DNA of 64,000 bases from Gammaproteobacteria bacterium (GCA_046290385.1 JBKAGM010000004.1:9010-73009), one strand, 5' to 3'; counted from the stretch's first letter, positions 47,606 to 59,035 are shown. The notes: generated by a model not told the origin, from the letters alone. Numbers and translations are program-made.

Positions 47606-49594
47606 CTAAGTAGAAAATGTGAGACTACTGTCTATTGAACCACATTCAATATCAAAGTTATTTGATCGTGATTCTTGATTGCAACATTTGATATTCGAAT
47701 ACACCTTTTTCATTGTTGATACTGAAAAATTAATTATCTCTTCTTTAGTTGATATAAAAAGAAAAGCGACCATGGAAGTAGCAAGCATAATGCCCACAGT
47801 CATACCGACAGGCATACCCCATTCATGCATTGGTTCGTAGGAGCTGATAGCGCTAAAAGCGTTGAATCCCCAAACCAAGTTATCAACGATAGTTGTAGCC
47901 CATACTATTGTATTTAACCAAGCTGGAACATCGACTTCGGTTTGGCTTTTATTTTTTTGACCCCAATTGAATCCGCCGGCACCAAAACAGGTAGGCATAT
48001 TTGGATCCCATTTTATTTTTTTCATAATATTGTAGCTGGATGTGCCTTGAGTTGCCGCTCCTAGCAGCCCATTACAAAAGCCTAAAAACCCGATCATTGG
48101 CGCAGGTATTAAATCGTCTTGTAAAGTTGTGCTGAAAAAATTATTATCGCAATAATAATACATCCCGGTCGCTAAAGCAAAAACAACCGCAAGGATGAAA
48201 GCTCCGGCATGTTCGTTACTATCACCTAATACTTCCCTCCATTTTCCTTGAGATATTAAATGAAGGTCGTCAATAAATCCATCTATTGTCTTCAAACTCT
48301 TAAGACGCCAATTGATATTAGATTTAAGGATACCAATTATAGCTGTGAGAAAGTAAACCCAGAATTTAACTGAAATACTACTGTTGGGCGTTGCGCCAAT
48401 AGAATTTTGGATAGAAGAGTATGCTTTTATCATCGAACAAACCCATGGCATATACCCGAGTGTTATAACTAAAAAAAGTGATGGAATATAATTTAATATC
48501 TTAATTCTGAGTTTATTATCCGGATTGTCGAAGCATGCTGTTGGTTTGGGTAATAAATAAAATAGCCAACTCATAAAATTATTTTCAAAATAGTGTAATT
48601 CTAGAGGAGAGTACCCTTTGTCTCGTAAGCTTTTTAATTTTCTTTCTTCTGCGCCATACGTAATGATTAATTTTCTAGTGGCGTCGCTTGTATTTTGATC
48701 GTCTTCAGAGCCTCGGAAATTCTCTTCACTTCTAGCTGGTAGAAAGGGTTCCTTCTGCTCTTCTTCTTGGTCGAATGTGTTATAATAGTAGTTGTTGGGA
48801 TGCAGTGGTAGCATATTAAACTGTTCTAGCGGCTCATAATTAAAGCAAGATGTTTCATTATCTTCTTCATCCTTGAATGAAGGAGCAGGGCTTATGAGAG
48901 TTTCATTAAGTTGTTCAATAGAAGTGATTATTCTAAGGCCTTTGTTTTTAATATTAGCATCACACTTTCTATCTCTAGCCTTCATATCCAAAATGTGCAG
49001 TTGTTCTTTAAAGAGATCGTCATTCTCAAGTGTAAGATTACGCCACACAAGAGGGTCCACATACACATTAACATAGAGTGAGTCATTTACGGGTTCATTT
49101 GACTGACGTATCTGTCTGATCGCACGTTCTATAGCATATAAAAAGTCTAATTGCTTTGAGTTTAACTCTTGGTTCCATGTGTTGAGTGTATTGTTCACCT
49201 TGGTTGTTAAATTTGAAATGCCAGTACAAATCTGAGTAATGATTTTTATTATTAGAGGAAGACAGCCAGTATTTTCTAATTCATCTGTACTTGAAATATA
49301 TGAAAGGTTTCCTAAAATATTGTAAGAGGTAAAAGCTACCCCGGGAATAAAATAAAAAATAAAAAACGCCGTCCATAAGATTTTTTCTCTGTGAATACCA
49401 ATATTTTTTTCGATATTAGTTCTTAAAGATAATGTGGTTGCTTTGGGGTGAGGGTTTGGATTGTAGTAACCGTTCTCTATATCTATACTTTCAAATGAGC
49501 AACCATCATCGAGGTTATCACTTTGTTCAGAGTGGGTGCCTGGAGTTTGTGGGTCACTTGTCCCTTGAGTTTCTAGAAAAGTTCTAGGAGTCAT
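47606..49594 (-). CDS. large hypothetical membrane protein (candidate secreted effector)
   Basis: 662 aa. Acidic N-terminal region, one early TM, an about 230 aa soluble middle, then 6 or more TM helices. No known motif. Confidence 0.5.
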   Translation of the reverse strand: MTPRTFLETQGTSDPQTPGTHSEQSDNLDDGCSFESIDIENGYYNPNPHPKATTLSLRTNIEKNIGIHREKILWTAFFIFYFIPGVAFTSYNILGNLSYISSTDELENTGCLPLIIKIITQICTGISNLTTKVNNTLNTWNQELNSKQLDFLYAIERAIRQIRQSNEPVNDSLYVNVYVDPLVWRNLTLENDDLFKEQLHILDMKARDRKCDANIKNKGLRIITSIEQLNETLISPAPSFKDEEDNETSCFNYEPLEQFNMLPLHPNNYYYNTFDQEEEQKEPFLPARSEENFRGSEDDQNTSDATRKLIITYGAEERKLKSLRDKGYSPLELHYFENNFMSWLFYLLPKPTACFDNPDNKLRIKILNYIPSLFLVITLGYMPWVCSMIKAYSSIQNSIGATPNSSISVKFWVYFLTAIIGILKSNINWRLKSLKTIDGFIDDLHLISQGKWREVLGDSNEHAGAFILAVVFALATGMYYYCDNNFFSTTLQDDLIPAPMIGFLGFCNGLLGAATQGTSSYNIMKKIKWDPNMPTCFGAGGFNWGQKNKSQTEVDVPAWLNTIVWATTIVDNLVWGFNAFSAISSYEPMHEWGMPVGMTVGIMLATSMVAFLFISTKEEIINFSVSTMKKVYSNIKCCNQESRSNNFDIECGSIDSSLTFST

Positions 49595-49825
49595 AGCAGC
49601 CTCATAATTGTTATTATGTTCGTTTCTCCGGTTATTTTTTTAAAATCACTTACTTTGGTAGAATTGATTTATAAGTTATCCGGAAGAATCAATGTCATTT
49701 TTATGATCAAATACTAACCTATTAAGCTTAAGGTAATATTAAGACGAAAGAAAAAAATAAGCGAATTTGGCAGAATTATCGTCAAAACTGGTAGTTTTGC
49801 GAGGCTTCTGTTCTTATTTTCACAC

Positions 49826-50536
49826 TCATAGTGTGACCTCTTCCAAAAAAGAGGCCATAGCACCCCAGGAGCGCTTGTCAGCAACCGCATTATATATTGT
49901 GCCAAGCTTTATATCCTTCGCTTGAGGGTTAGTAAAAGCATGTTGTGTATTACCATATGCGTGGCATTGCCAATCAGCTCCCGCTTTGGTCATCTCATCC
50001 AAAAAGGAAGTTAGTTGTTTGGGTGGTACCATAGGATCATCATAGCCGTGTAGTACGAGAATTTTCGCTTTAATGGGGTTTGCGGCTAACTCTTCAGGGG
50101 CATCCAACAAACCATGAAAACTGATAACGCCTTGAATATCTGTTCCTGAGCGCGCTAAATCGAGGGCACACAAGCCGCCGAAACAAAACCCCATGACGAC
50201 AATCTTATCTGTATCAGCGTTCTTAAGGCTTTTAGCGGCGTTTAGCGCTATTATCATTCTATCGCGCAATAGCGAGCGATCCTTCATAAAGGGACTCATA
50301 AGTGTTGAGTTTTCTTCAACGCTATTGCCCACGATACCTTTTCCATACATGTCGAGAGCAAAGCCAATATAACCTAGCTCTGCGATACTTTTTGCTTTCT
50401 CACAAGCGAAATCATCTCGACCTGCCCAGGCATGAGCGATGAGAACTACCGGTTTTTTCCCTGGATTGCCGTCATCAGCGATAAATGCTTCTAAGGTTGT
50501 TCCCTGGTGTTCGTAGTCGAGAGTATATGTCTTCAT
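49826..50536 (-). CDS. dienelactone hydrolase family protein
   Basis: alpha/beta hydrolase with nucleophile motif GFCFGG and a DLH-like N-terminus. Confidence 0.8.
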   Translation of the reverse strand: MKTYTLDYEHQGTTLEAFIADDGNPGKKPVVLIAHAWAGRDDFACEKAKSIAELGYIGFALDMYGKGIVGNSVEENSTLMSPFMKDRSLLRDRMIIALNAAKSLKNADTDKIVVMGFCFGGLCALDLARSGTDIQGVISFHGLLDAPEELAANPIKAKILVLHGYDDPMVPPKQLTSFLDEMTKAGADWQCHAYGNTQHAFTNPQAKDIKLGTIYNAVADKRSWGAMASFLEEVTL

Positions 50537-50580
50537 GATAAATTCCTTATGGCGTTTTTTGTGCTAAAATATCGCACTAT

Positions 50581-52840
50581 GAACGATGATATCCAAAACC
50601 AAATGCGACAGCAAGCGATTGAACTGGCTGCACAAATGCAACACCGTTTTGTGACGGTAGAACATTTGTTATTAACGATTGTAGAGGATGAGTATGGGGA
50701 TGCTTGCCAGGCTTTATTACATAATGCGCGTGCCGAGTTTAATGCCAATATACTAAAAACAGATTTACAGTTGTTTCTTGAGCGACAGTCACCGAAACGA
50801 AAAAATGGTGAGGCACCTAAACCCACCATGGGTTTTGAGCGTGTACTAGAGCGTGCACGACGTATCGTACGTGATCACGGACGATTACGATTAACTGCAG
50901 CAGATATGCTGATATCAATTTTTTACGAACAAGAAAGTAAGGCAACGCACTTGATGAATAAGCAAGGTGTTACACGCCACGATATTAATGATTATTTAAC
51001 CCGAACAAAACAAGAAGCTGCAGCTGAACCTCAAGCTGAATCGAAGCAACAATTTGTGGTGCAGGTTATTGAAAAAACACAAGAGCAAAAAAAGGCAACG
51101 GCACACGATAATACCTTGTTAGAAAATTTAAATGAAAAATATCGCCAAGGGCGCTTATCGCCATTAGTAGGCCGTACGCAAGAAATACAGGCAATGATGC
51201 GAGTGTTATCACAAAGCCGAAAGAGTAATCCAATATTAGTAGGAGATCCTGGGACAGGAAAAACGACGTTGGCAGCAGGGTTGGCACAAATTATTGAAGA
51301 CGGAAACGCACCGCCTTTGTTACAATCTGCTACCGTCTATGCCTTGAATGTAACAGCCTTACTAGCGGGTACTCAATATCGTGGTGATTTTGAACAGCGA
51401 TTAAAGCGCGTTATGGATATATTGCAGCGTGATCCGCATGCGATTTTATTTATTGATGAAATACATATTATCATTGGAGCGGGTAGTACAACTGGATCGA
51501 CTATGGATGTCGCAAATATGTTAAAACCTGCGCTCGCATCGGGTGAACTACGTTGTATTGGCGCAACTACCTACAAAGAGTATCGAAACATTTTTGAAAA
51601 AGATGAAGCTCTTGCTAGGCGATTTCAAAAAATTGATATTTTAGAACCAACAGAAGAAGAGGCCATACATATCATACAAGGTTTGAAATCACGTTTTGAA
51701 AACCATCATCATTTAACGATTTCTGATGAAGTCATTAAGTCAGCCGTACAACTTTCAAAGAAATACATTAAGAAACGCTGCTTGCCAGATATTGCAATAG
51801 ATTTAATTGATGAAGCAGGTGCTGAAAAAAACTTATCAAACCAACATGATACTGCATTAAGTATTTCAGATGTAGAAGCTGTAGTTGCTGCAAAAACTCG
51901 TGTTCCGATTGAAAAAATGACTCTGAATGAACAAGATGTGTTAAAACACTTAGCGCAGAACTTAAAAACCCATATTTATGGACAAGATGTGGCTGTAGAT
52001 ACACTAGTTTCAGCTGTACGTACCGCACGAGCGGGATTACGTGATCCTGATAAGCCTATAGGATCGTTTTTATTTGCAGGTCCAACTGGCGTGGGTAAAA
52101 CTGAATTAAGTAAACAGTTGGCCGAGCATTTAGGACTAAAACTTATTCGCTTTGATATGTCAGAATATAACGAAAAGCATCAAGTCTCGAAGCTGATTGG
52201 ATCACCGCCTGGCTATGTAGGGCACGAAGAGGGTGGATTATTGACGGAGGCTGTTAATAAAGACCCAAATGCGGTGGTGTTGTTAGATGAAATCGAAAAA
52301 GCACATTCTGATATTTATAATTTACTTCTGCAAGTCATGGATCATGGTACATTGACAGACAGTCATGGCCGAAAATCAGATTTTCGACATGTGATTTTGA
52401 TTATGACAACCAATGCTGGCGCAGAGTTTTTGGGAAAACGCAGCATTGGCTTTATAGAATCAGACAATAAAAATGATTCTAAATTAGAACTCGCACGTGT
52501 TTTCACACCAGAATTTCGTAATCGTTTCGATGAAATTGTATCGTTTAATTCGTTGCCTAAGGAAGTCATGCATGACATTGTGCGTAAACATGTGAAGCAG
52601 TTACAGCATATGTTAGAATCACGCGGAGTTAGCCTTTCTTTGACTGAAGACGCTTTCGTTTGGTTTGCAAATCATGGATATGATTCACAGATGGGCGCGC
52701 GTCCAATGGGCCGATTGGTTACTAACCAATTAAAAAAACCACTTGCTGAAGAACTATTATATGGAAAATTATCGCAAGGCGGCTATGTGATTGTGGATGC
52801 CATAGGTAATGAGCTGATATTTCAATACGAAGAAGGGTAG
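50581..52840 (+). CDS. clpA: ATP-dependent Clp protease ATP-binding subunit ClpA
   Basis: Clp N-domain, two AAA+ modules (GDPGTGKT and GPTGVGKT), and a C-terminal D2-small domain. The ORF call 50507..52840 begins upstream; the start is taken at MNDDIQ. Confidence 0.9.
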
Positions 52841-52901
52841 GCCGGGCATGGCGCACCACACCCGCTTTTTTTATGGCTCCCAAGGGATCAGTTGAAAAAC
52901 A

Positions 52902-54950
52902 TTATGCGGCTGTTTGTGTGATACGCTGCTCTTCTTCCGGATTCATTTCTAAAAATCTAGAAGTTTGTTGGTGTATTGATTTATACATCTCCTCGATAAT
53001 AGGGTTTCGTTTGCCACACGCTGCGGCAAGGTGAAATTGGTTCAGTCGCGAGTCAACAATGCGATGAACTTTTATTAATTTTTGAAGAATTATATCTTCA
53101 TTGTTATCTGTTTCGCTTGGTAAATCTTGTAAGACAATACGTAATTGATGACAACCCTCTGGTGTTTTGCCACTTGAATCAAAAAGTCTTAGCTTAAATC
53201 CTAGTGAATCCAACTCTTCATTATCTACACTTATTTTTGTGCTATGTAAAAACTCTAATATACCACTTGTCGAACTAGATTGAGCCTCAAAATGGAGGTC
53301 ATTTGACGCTATATCATGAGAATCATTTATTATTTCATTTGATGGAGTGAGCGATTTGAATCTAAGCATTAATTTTTCTGCCACGGAGTTTAATGTTTTT
53401 TTGTATGGTGTTGAGAATCCGTCGGTAACGGTTTCGACGTTATAAGCTTGATTTTCATCAATGAATCGAAGAATTGATGACAGGCTGGCAGTTTTTAGAA
53501 CAATAGTCCCAGCGTTTAATGGAAGTTTTAATTGTTCTGTAATTTGGAGAGCATAAAGTAGAAAAGTAGTTTTAGAAATTGAGTTGGTTTGTTCGTTATC
53601 TATTTTTAGTTTTATGTTAGAAACTAAGAGATCCAAGTCAAGATTCATTATGTTATACACGGATTTCTCATACTCATGACGAAGCTGCTCGGGTTGATTA
53701 TTATAGTATTCATCACGAGCTTCCGATGGGAATGAAAAAACCCTATTGTTCAATGTGAATTCTTGTTGAGAAATTTCAACATTTCTCTCAAGCAGTATGT
53801 TTTCAATTTGAGCAAATAAGTCGTCATTAAGTTTATTCAACATGAATGCTGCATTTGTTGCTTGTTGGTATGGGATTTGTTGCATATCAAAGAGAGAACA
53901 CACTTCAAGCTCAAGATTAACGAATAATATACTTATGTTATTTTTGATGTCAGAAAATGAGCCATTAGATAGAGCATTATAGAGTTTAATCAGCGTTTCA
54001 TTCGTTTGTTCTGTGAGGAATTGGTTCACAGCTTGTATATAAAATCGAATAATAAGTGAAAAAAAGATATCGAAGCTTTCGCTTAAAAAATATTTTTTAC
54101 GAAAACTGAGATTAATGTTGAGACTTTTTTCTATAATAAAAAGTAAATGAATTAAACTATCTAAATATTCGGGTAAATTTTGTTTGTCAATATTTGTAAT
54201 TATGCTATCAAACATTTCATTGAATTCTGTTTTATAGGTATCTATCACATATTGATAAATGAGATTGTAGTCGATAGCATTGTTTCCATCACCCGCATTT
54301 TTGGATAGCCTTTTGAGAAGCGCATCCATCATATCCACCCAGTTACGAAGTTGGTTGATATAATCTGGATCATTAACAACTTTCTTTGCTAGTCTTGGTG
54401 ACGCTGGAACATTATCTGTAGATTTTACTGCATTAACAGTTGATTGTAACGGTTCGACAAGATTGTCCATTTGTTGCGATAGGCGTCTATGAAGAGATCC
54501 TTTTCGATTTCTGGGTGTTTCAGAAGAATCAAGTTGCTTGATCAGTTCTCTGATATCTTGCAATGTTTGAGACAGTTGAAGAATATCAAAACTTGCTTTG
54601 ATATTAGGGGTTAGTGGCTCATCGCTGTTTTCCGTTTCTGTGTCATAGCTCTCGTCAAAAACTTCATAATATCCTTGATATGTTAGTTCAGCCGTCTCAT
54701 CAGATTTTGCGCTTCGTTGAGAATCAGGACATTTCTCTTCGAGTATATTTTCTTCACTAAAGGTGAACTTAAGTTTTGACATTCCTGTGGGAGTTATTTT
54801 GGGCTCACTTGTTGGTGTTGTGATGACACTCAAGTTTGGTCGCTTGCGTGGAGGCGTATGTAGCAATCGATTTTGCTCGTTATGAGCTGCTAAATTTTCA
54901 ATACTTAACGTCAATGGCAGTCTATTTTTTTCATTTCGTGATGTAGTCAT
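52902..54950 (-). CDS. large hypothetical soluble protein (candidate secreted effector)
   Basis: 682 aa, Ser/Thr/Pro-rich N-terminus, Asn/Leu-rich helical body, no TM, no recognisable enzymatic motif. Confidence 0.5.
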   Translation of the reverse strand: MTTSRNEKNRLPLTLSIENLAAHNEQNRLLHTPPRKRPNLSVITTPTSEPKITPTGMSKLKFTFSEENILEEKCPDSQRSAKSDETAELTYQGYYEVFDESYDTETENSDEPLTPNIKASFDILQLSQTLQDIRELIKQLDSSETPRNRKGSLHRRLSQQMDNLVEPLQSTVNAVKSTDNVPASPRLAKKVVNDPDYINQLRNWVDMMDALLKRLSKNAGDGNNAIDYNLIYQYVIDTYKTEFNEMFDSIITNIDKQNLPEYLDSLIHLLFIIEKSLNINLSFRKKYFLSESFDIFFSLIIRFYIQAVNQFLTEQTNETLIKLYNALSNGSFSDIKNNISILFVNLELEVCSLFDMQQIPYQQATNAAFMLNKLNDDLFAQIENILLERNVEISQQEFTLNNRVFSFPSEARDEYYNNQPEQLRHEYEKSVYNIMNLDLDLLVSNIKLKIDNEQTNSISKTTFLLYALQITEQLKLPLNAGTIVLKTASLSSILRFIDENQAYNVETVTDGFSTPYKKTLNSVAEKLMLRFKSLTPSNEIINDSHDIASNDLHFEAQSSSTSGILEFLHSTKISVDNEELDSLGFKLRLFDSSGKTPEGCHQLRIVLQDLPSETDNNEDIILQKLIKVHRIVDSRLNQFHLAAACGKRNPIIEEMYKSIHQQTSRFLEMNPEEEQRITQTAA

Positions 54951-55311
54951 TATGAATCTCCTTATACAACCGCAATACTTAATATAGTATTCAGTCTTAC
55001 TTAGCTCTATGCTCTAACTTATTAAAGCTAATGTTAAACAATACCCTGATATAACTATTCAGGATGTTCTTCCATGTTTTATGTCCAACAATACAACGTA
55101 TATACAACTCTTAAGAAAAAACAAAAATACACGCGGTACTACACAAAACAGCAGTCGTATGCCAACGAAGGCGCATACTTGGTAGGAGTATGCAGATTTC
55201 TTGTAGATCGGCTGTCGAAAGGAGATCGACTAGAAGCCAATGTCAATATTATTCTATTTGAAAATTGATAGCAAGCGGTTTTTTGAAAAAAAATTATCGT
55301 ATAATGAAGTT

Positions 55312-56481
55312 ATGCAAAAATTATTGTTACAGAATCTAAATATTCACACTCAAACGCGATCGATAAGCGATGCTGCAGTTTATATTGAAAATGGCACCAT
55401 TCGTGAAATTTGCCACATGAAGAAAGCTTCTCAATTTAAAGATTGTAAAACTGTAAATTTTCCAAGCAATTATCATATAATTCCAGGAATGATCGATATG
55501 CACATTCATGGTTGTCATGGTGTAGATGTGATGGATGCAACACCAGAGGCTATAGAGCATATAAGTCGACAATTACCTCAACAAGGCACAACAGCCTTTT
55601 TGGCGACAACGATGACGCAAACTGAGGCAAATATCGCACAAGCGATTCAGAATATTGCGAAGCATCGACGCCTACAATTTTCGGATGGTGCAGAAGTTGT
55701 TGGAATACATTTAGAAGGGCCTTTTATTTCTCCCAAAAAAGTGGGGGCTCATAAAAAAGACTTAGTGCGTCATCCAGATATTCAGTTATTTAATGAGTGG
55801 CAAACTCACGCGGAAGGTGCGATTCGATGCGTGACTGTGGCGCCCGAAGTTTCTAATGCTTTAGAGTTTATTTGTCACTTAAAAGAGCGTGGTGTTATCG
55901 CGTCTATTGGGCATACGAATGCGACGTATCAACAAACACTCGCAGGGATACGCGCGGGCGCTACACATGCAACTCATTTGTTTAATGCTATGAGCGGTTT
56001 ACATCACCGTTCACCTGGAGCAGTATTGGCGATATTAGAGCAGCAGGATATTCTTGCAGAATTGATTGCCGACGGGTTGCACGTCTCGGCCGAGATGCTG
56101 GCTTTTGCGTTGCAATGCAAATCAGTATCGCATTGCTGTTTAGTGACTGATAGTATGCGCGCAGCCTGTATGGGAGAAGGGGAGTACGAATTAAGTGGCC
56201 AAAAAGTCATTGTGAAAGAGGGTGTTCCGCGACTTGCTGATGGAACCATTGCAGGTAGTGTGCTCACCATGATCGAGGCTTTTCAAAATATCATGCGGTT
56301 AACATCTTGCTCTATACATGATGCCATCTCTTTAACGTCTTATAATCCAGCGAGACAGTTAGGTTTGCTTAATCGAAAAGGAAGCCTAGCTATAGGCAAG
56401 GAAGCAGATCTAGTCATTTTAGATAATGACTACAATGTTGTTTCTACTTATTGTTGTGGGAAACTAGCCTACCAAATGTGA
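55312..56481 (+). CDS. nagA: N-acetylglucosamine-6-phosphate deacetylase
   Basis: GMIDMHIHG metal-binding HxH motif; NagA-like amidohydrolase. The ORF call 55240..56481 starts upstream; the start is probably MQKLLLQ. Confidence 0.85.
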   Translation: MQKLLLQNLNIHTQTRSISDAAVYIENGTIREICHMKKASQFKDCKTVNFPSNYHIIPGMIDMHIHGCHGVDVMDATPEAIEHISRQLPQQGTTAFLATTMTQTEANIAQAIQNIAKHRRLQFSDGAEVVGIHLEGPFISPKKVGAHKKDLVRHPDIQLFNEWQTHAEGAIRCVTVAPEVSNALEFICHLKERGVIASIGHTNATYQQTLAGIRAGATHATHLFNAMSGLHHRSPGAVLAILEQQDILAELIADGLHVSAEMLAFALQCKSVSHCCLVTDSMRAACMGEGEYELSGQKVIVKEGVPRLADGTIAGSVLTMIEAFQNIMRLTSCSIHDAISLTSYNPARQLGLLNRKGSLAIGKEADLVILDNDYNVVSTYCCGKLAYQM

Positions 56482-56572
56482 TAAGTAGTGAGCGCAACCT
56501 TCAATTGTGCCATACACTAATAGTGCAGCAAAATATAATCCAATAAACCATAACAAGGGTTTATATTTTGAA

Positions 56573-57574
56573 TTAATACGAAATGACATCTTTCACTTTG
56601 CCTCTGAAAATATGATAAGAATAACCTGTATAAAACAATAAGACAGGCAGCATGACGCATGCTCCGATAAACATAAACTTTAATGATCCCTCTGGAGCAG
56701 CTGCCTGTAAAATAGTTAATTGATGTGGAACGATGTAAGGAAAAACGCTATAACCAAATCCTGCATAGCCAAACAAAAATAGTGCTGTTGCTAAATAAAA
56801 TGGGACTTTTTCATTTTTAAAAAATAATGCGGTGAGACACCAAAAGAAAGCTACGGTCGATAATAAAGGTAAGATAGCCAAGTAGCGAGTGTTGTCTGAC
56901 AAAAACCATTTTTCTTTGATAATGTTTGAAAGGAAGGGCATCCATAAACTAACGATCGCCATGCATACTCCAACCGTGATCAGGGCGATGATAGCAATAC
57001 GATAGAAACAATCTTGTAATTCTCTTTCTGTTTTCATGATCAAACGTGTAGAGCCAAGTAATGTATAACCAAACACGAGAGCAACACCAGTGAATAAGCT
57101 AAATGGTGATAACCAGTGATAGGCAGGGATAACAAGATCAGTGATTTTTGCATCAAACCCTATAACATATGTGCCCAATAACATTCCTTGGATAAAAACG
57201 ACAATAAAAGAGGCGACGAAAAAAAGTGTTTCCCATTTTTCGGCTTCGTTTTCAGTAGCTTTTAATCGGAATTCAAAAACGACTCCGCGAAAGAGCAGTG
57301 CTACGACCATTAATATAAGTGGAAAATAAAGTGTTGGTAGCATGATGCTAAATGCAACCGGAAATGCGCCATATAAGGAAGCCCCTGCCAATACCAACCA
57401 TGTTTGGTTTCCATCCCATGTCGGAAGAATAGCACTGAACATTATGTCACGATGTCTCCTATCCTTGATAAAAGGCAGACATAATCCTGTGCCGAGTGTA
57501 AATCCATCTAAAATGACATACATGATAATGCAGAATGCAATAATAATAGCCCAAGCTGTAGGAAAAAATTCCAT
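56573..57574 (-). CDS. cydB: cytochrome bd ubiquinol oxidase subunit II
   Basis: 333 aa, 8-9 TM, CydB-like. Immediately downstream of cydA. Confidence 0.9.
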   Translation of the reverse strand: MEFFPTAWAIIIAFCIIMYVILDGFTLGTGLCLPFIKDRRHRDIMFSAILPTWDGNQTWLVLAGASLYGAFPVAFSIMLPTLYFPLILMVVALLFRGVVFEFRLKATENEAEKWETLFFVASFIVVFIQGMLLGTYVIGFDAKITDLVIPAYHWLSPFSLFTGVALVFGYTLLGSTRLIMKTERELQDCFYRIAIIALITVGVCMAIVSLWMPFLSNIIKEKWFLSDNTRYLAILPLLSTVAFFWCLTALFFKNEKVPFYLATALFLFGYAGFGYSVFPYIVPHQLTILQAAAPEGSLKFMFIGACVMLPVLLFYTGYSYHIFRGKVKDVISY

Positions 57575-57577
57575 GTA

Positions 57578-58933
57578 TTATCCTCCCAGGTATTGGAATG
57601 GTTGATCTTGTTTTTCTGGCTCTAATGTTGGCCCCGCTTTTAAGAGTTTGAGCAGGTATTTGAAGTAGAAATATCCGAACATAATTCCATAAACAATGAC
57701 AATTAATGCAAACGACACGATGACGTGTAAGAGATTAACGTGAGACGCGGCATCCATCGTGCGAATGAAATTATATACAATCCACGGTTGGCGACCTGTT
57801 TCTGCAGTGATCCACCCGAACCATAACGCAATAAATCCAATTGGTGTTGTCAGCATGCAAAGGTTTAAAAACCATTTTGTATCAAACAAGCGTTTTCGCA
57901 ACCATAAAATCAAACCGACCAATACAACGGCTAACATGATTAGACCCATTCCGACCATGATGCGAAAGCCATAGAAAGGAAAGATAACAAAGGGTCTGTC
58001 TTGTGGTGGTACAGACGTTAATCCAACCAATTCACCGTCGAGTTTGTGTGTGTTTAATAATGACGCGCCATAGGGGATTTTCAATTCCCAATAATTACGT
58101 GCTTGTTTTTGGTCTGGAATGGCAAACAATAGCAAAGGAGCTCCTTTTGTCGTATTCCATACACCTTCCATGGCGGCAGTTTTAATCGGTTGATCTCTGT
58201 GTACCTCTAGACCGACAGTATCACCAATGTAACCCTGCAATGGGACTAAAATAATGAGCGCGCCTAATATAAAAGAAAAGCACTTTTGTGAGAATTCTAA
58301 ATGCAATTTGTTTTTCAGATAATAGGCACAAATACCTAAAATGACAAAACCAGTCGTGATCCAGGCAGCAAGAATCATATGCAAATAGCGGATGACAGTT
58401 GAATGATTCAAGATAACGTGAATCCAACTCGTTACTTGAAATTGACCATTGGTAAATGAAACGCCATCAGGTGTTTGCATCCAAGAATTGGCAGCAAGAA
58501 TCCAGAATGCTGAGAAGGTGACGCCAATAAAGACTAAACACGTAGCTAAATAATGTAGTTTGGGGCCTACTTTTTCCCAGCCAAAAAGCATGACGCCTAA
58601 AAAGCCTGCCTCGATAAAGAAAGCGGTTAAGACTTCGTAGGTAAATAGCGAACCTAATACGCCGCCGACAGCATAAGTAAATTCATTCCAGTTAGTTCCA
58701 AATTGGAATTCCATGACAATACCGGAGACAATTCCCATACCAAACGTTAGCGCAAAGACTTTTGTCCAAAATTTACATATATTGCGATAAAGCAGCTTGC
58801 CGGTTTTTAAATACATGCCTTCCATCACGGTGAGAAAAGTGACCATGCCTATGCTAAAGGCAGGAAATAAAATGTGAAAACTAATGGTAAAAGCGAATTG
58901 AATCCTAGAAATTAGCGCGGTATCGATAGTCAT
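57578..58933 (-). CDS. cydA: cytochrome bd ubiquinol oxidase subunit I
   Basis: 451 aa, CydA-like with Q-loop and conserved haem ligands region. Confidence 0.9.
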   Translation of the reverse strand: MTIDTALISRIQFAFTISFHILFPAFSIGMVTFLTVMEGMYLKTGKLLYRNICKFWTKVFALTFGMGIVSGIVMEFQFGTNWNEFTYAVGGVLGSLFTYEVLTAFFIEAGFLGVMLFGWEKVGPKLHYLATCLVFIGVTFSAFWILAANSWMQTPDGVSFTNGQFQVTSWIHVILNHSTVIRYLHMILAAWITTGFVILGICAYYLKNKLHLEFSQKCFSFILGALIILVPLQGYIGDTVGLEVHRDQPIKTAAMEGVWNTTKGAPLLLFAIPDQKQARNYWELKIPYGASLLNTHKLDGELVGLTSVPPQDRPFVIFPFYGFRIMVGMGLIMLAVVLVGLILWLRKRLFDTKWFLNLCMLTTPIGFIALWFGWITAETGRQPWIVYNFIRTMDAASHVNLLHVIVSFALIVIVYGIMFGYFYFKYLLKLLKAGPTLEPEKQDQPFQYLGG

Positions 58934-59035
58934 GGTTCCCTCTGTGCTTATCGGCCGAAAACAATTGTCATTCTAACACCCTGTTTTTTTAAGAGTAAAG
59001 GTATTTTTTTCAAAAAAAAATAGTATACTTGGCTG

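Noticed and set aside
50507-50580. N-terminal 25 codons of the clpA ORF call
   Set aside because: ClpA homology begins at MNDDIQ (50581). The upstream extension would overlap the divergent dienelactone hydrolase start.
55074-55268. 64-aa ORF in the nagA leader
   Set aside because: It overlaps the predicted hairpins and the nagA start and has Tyr/Lys-rich low-complexity translation.
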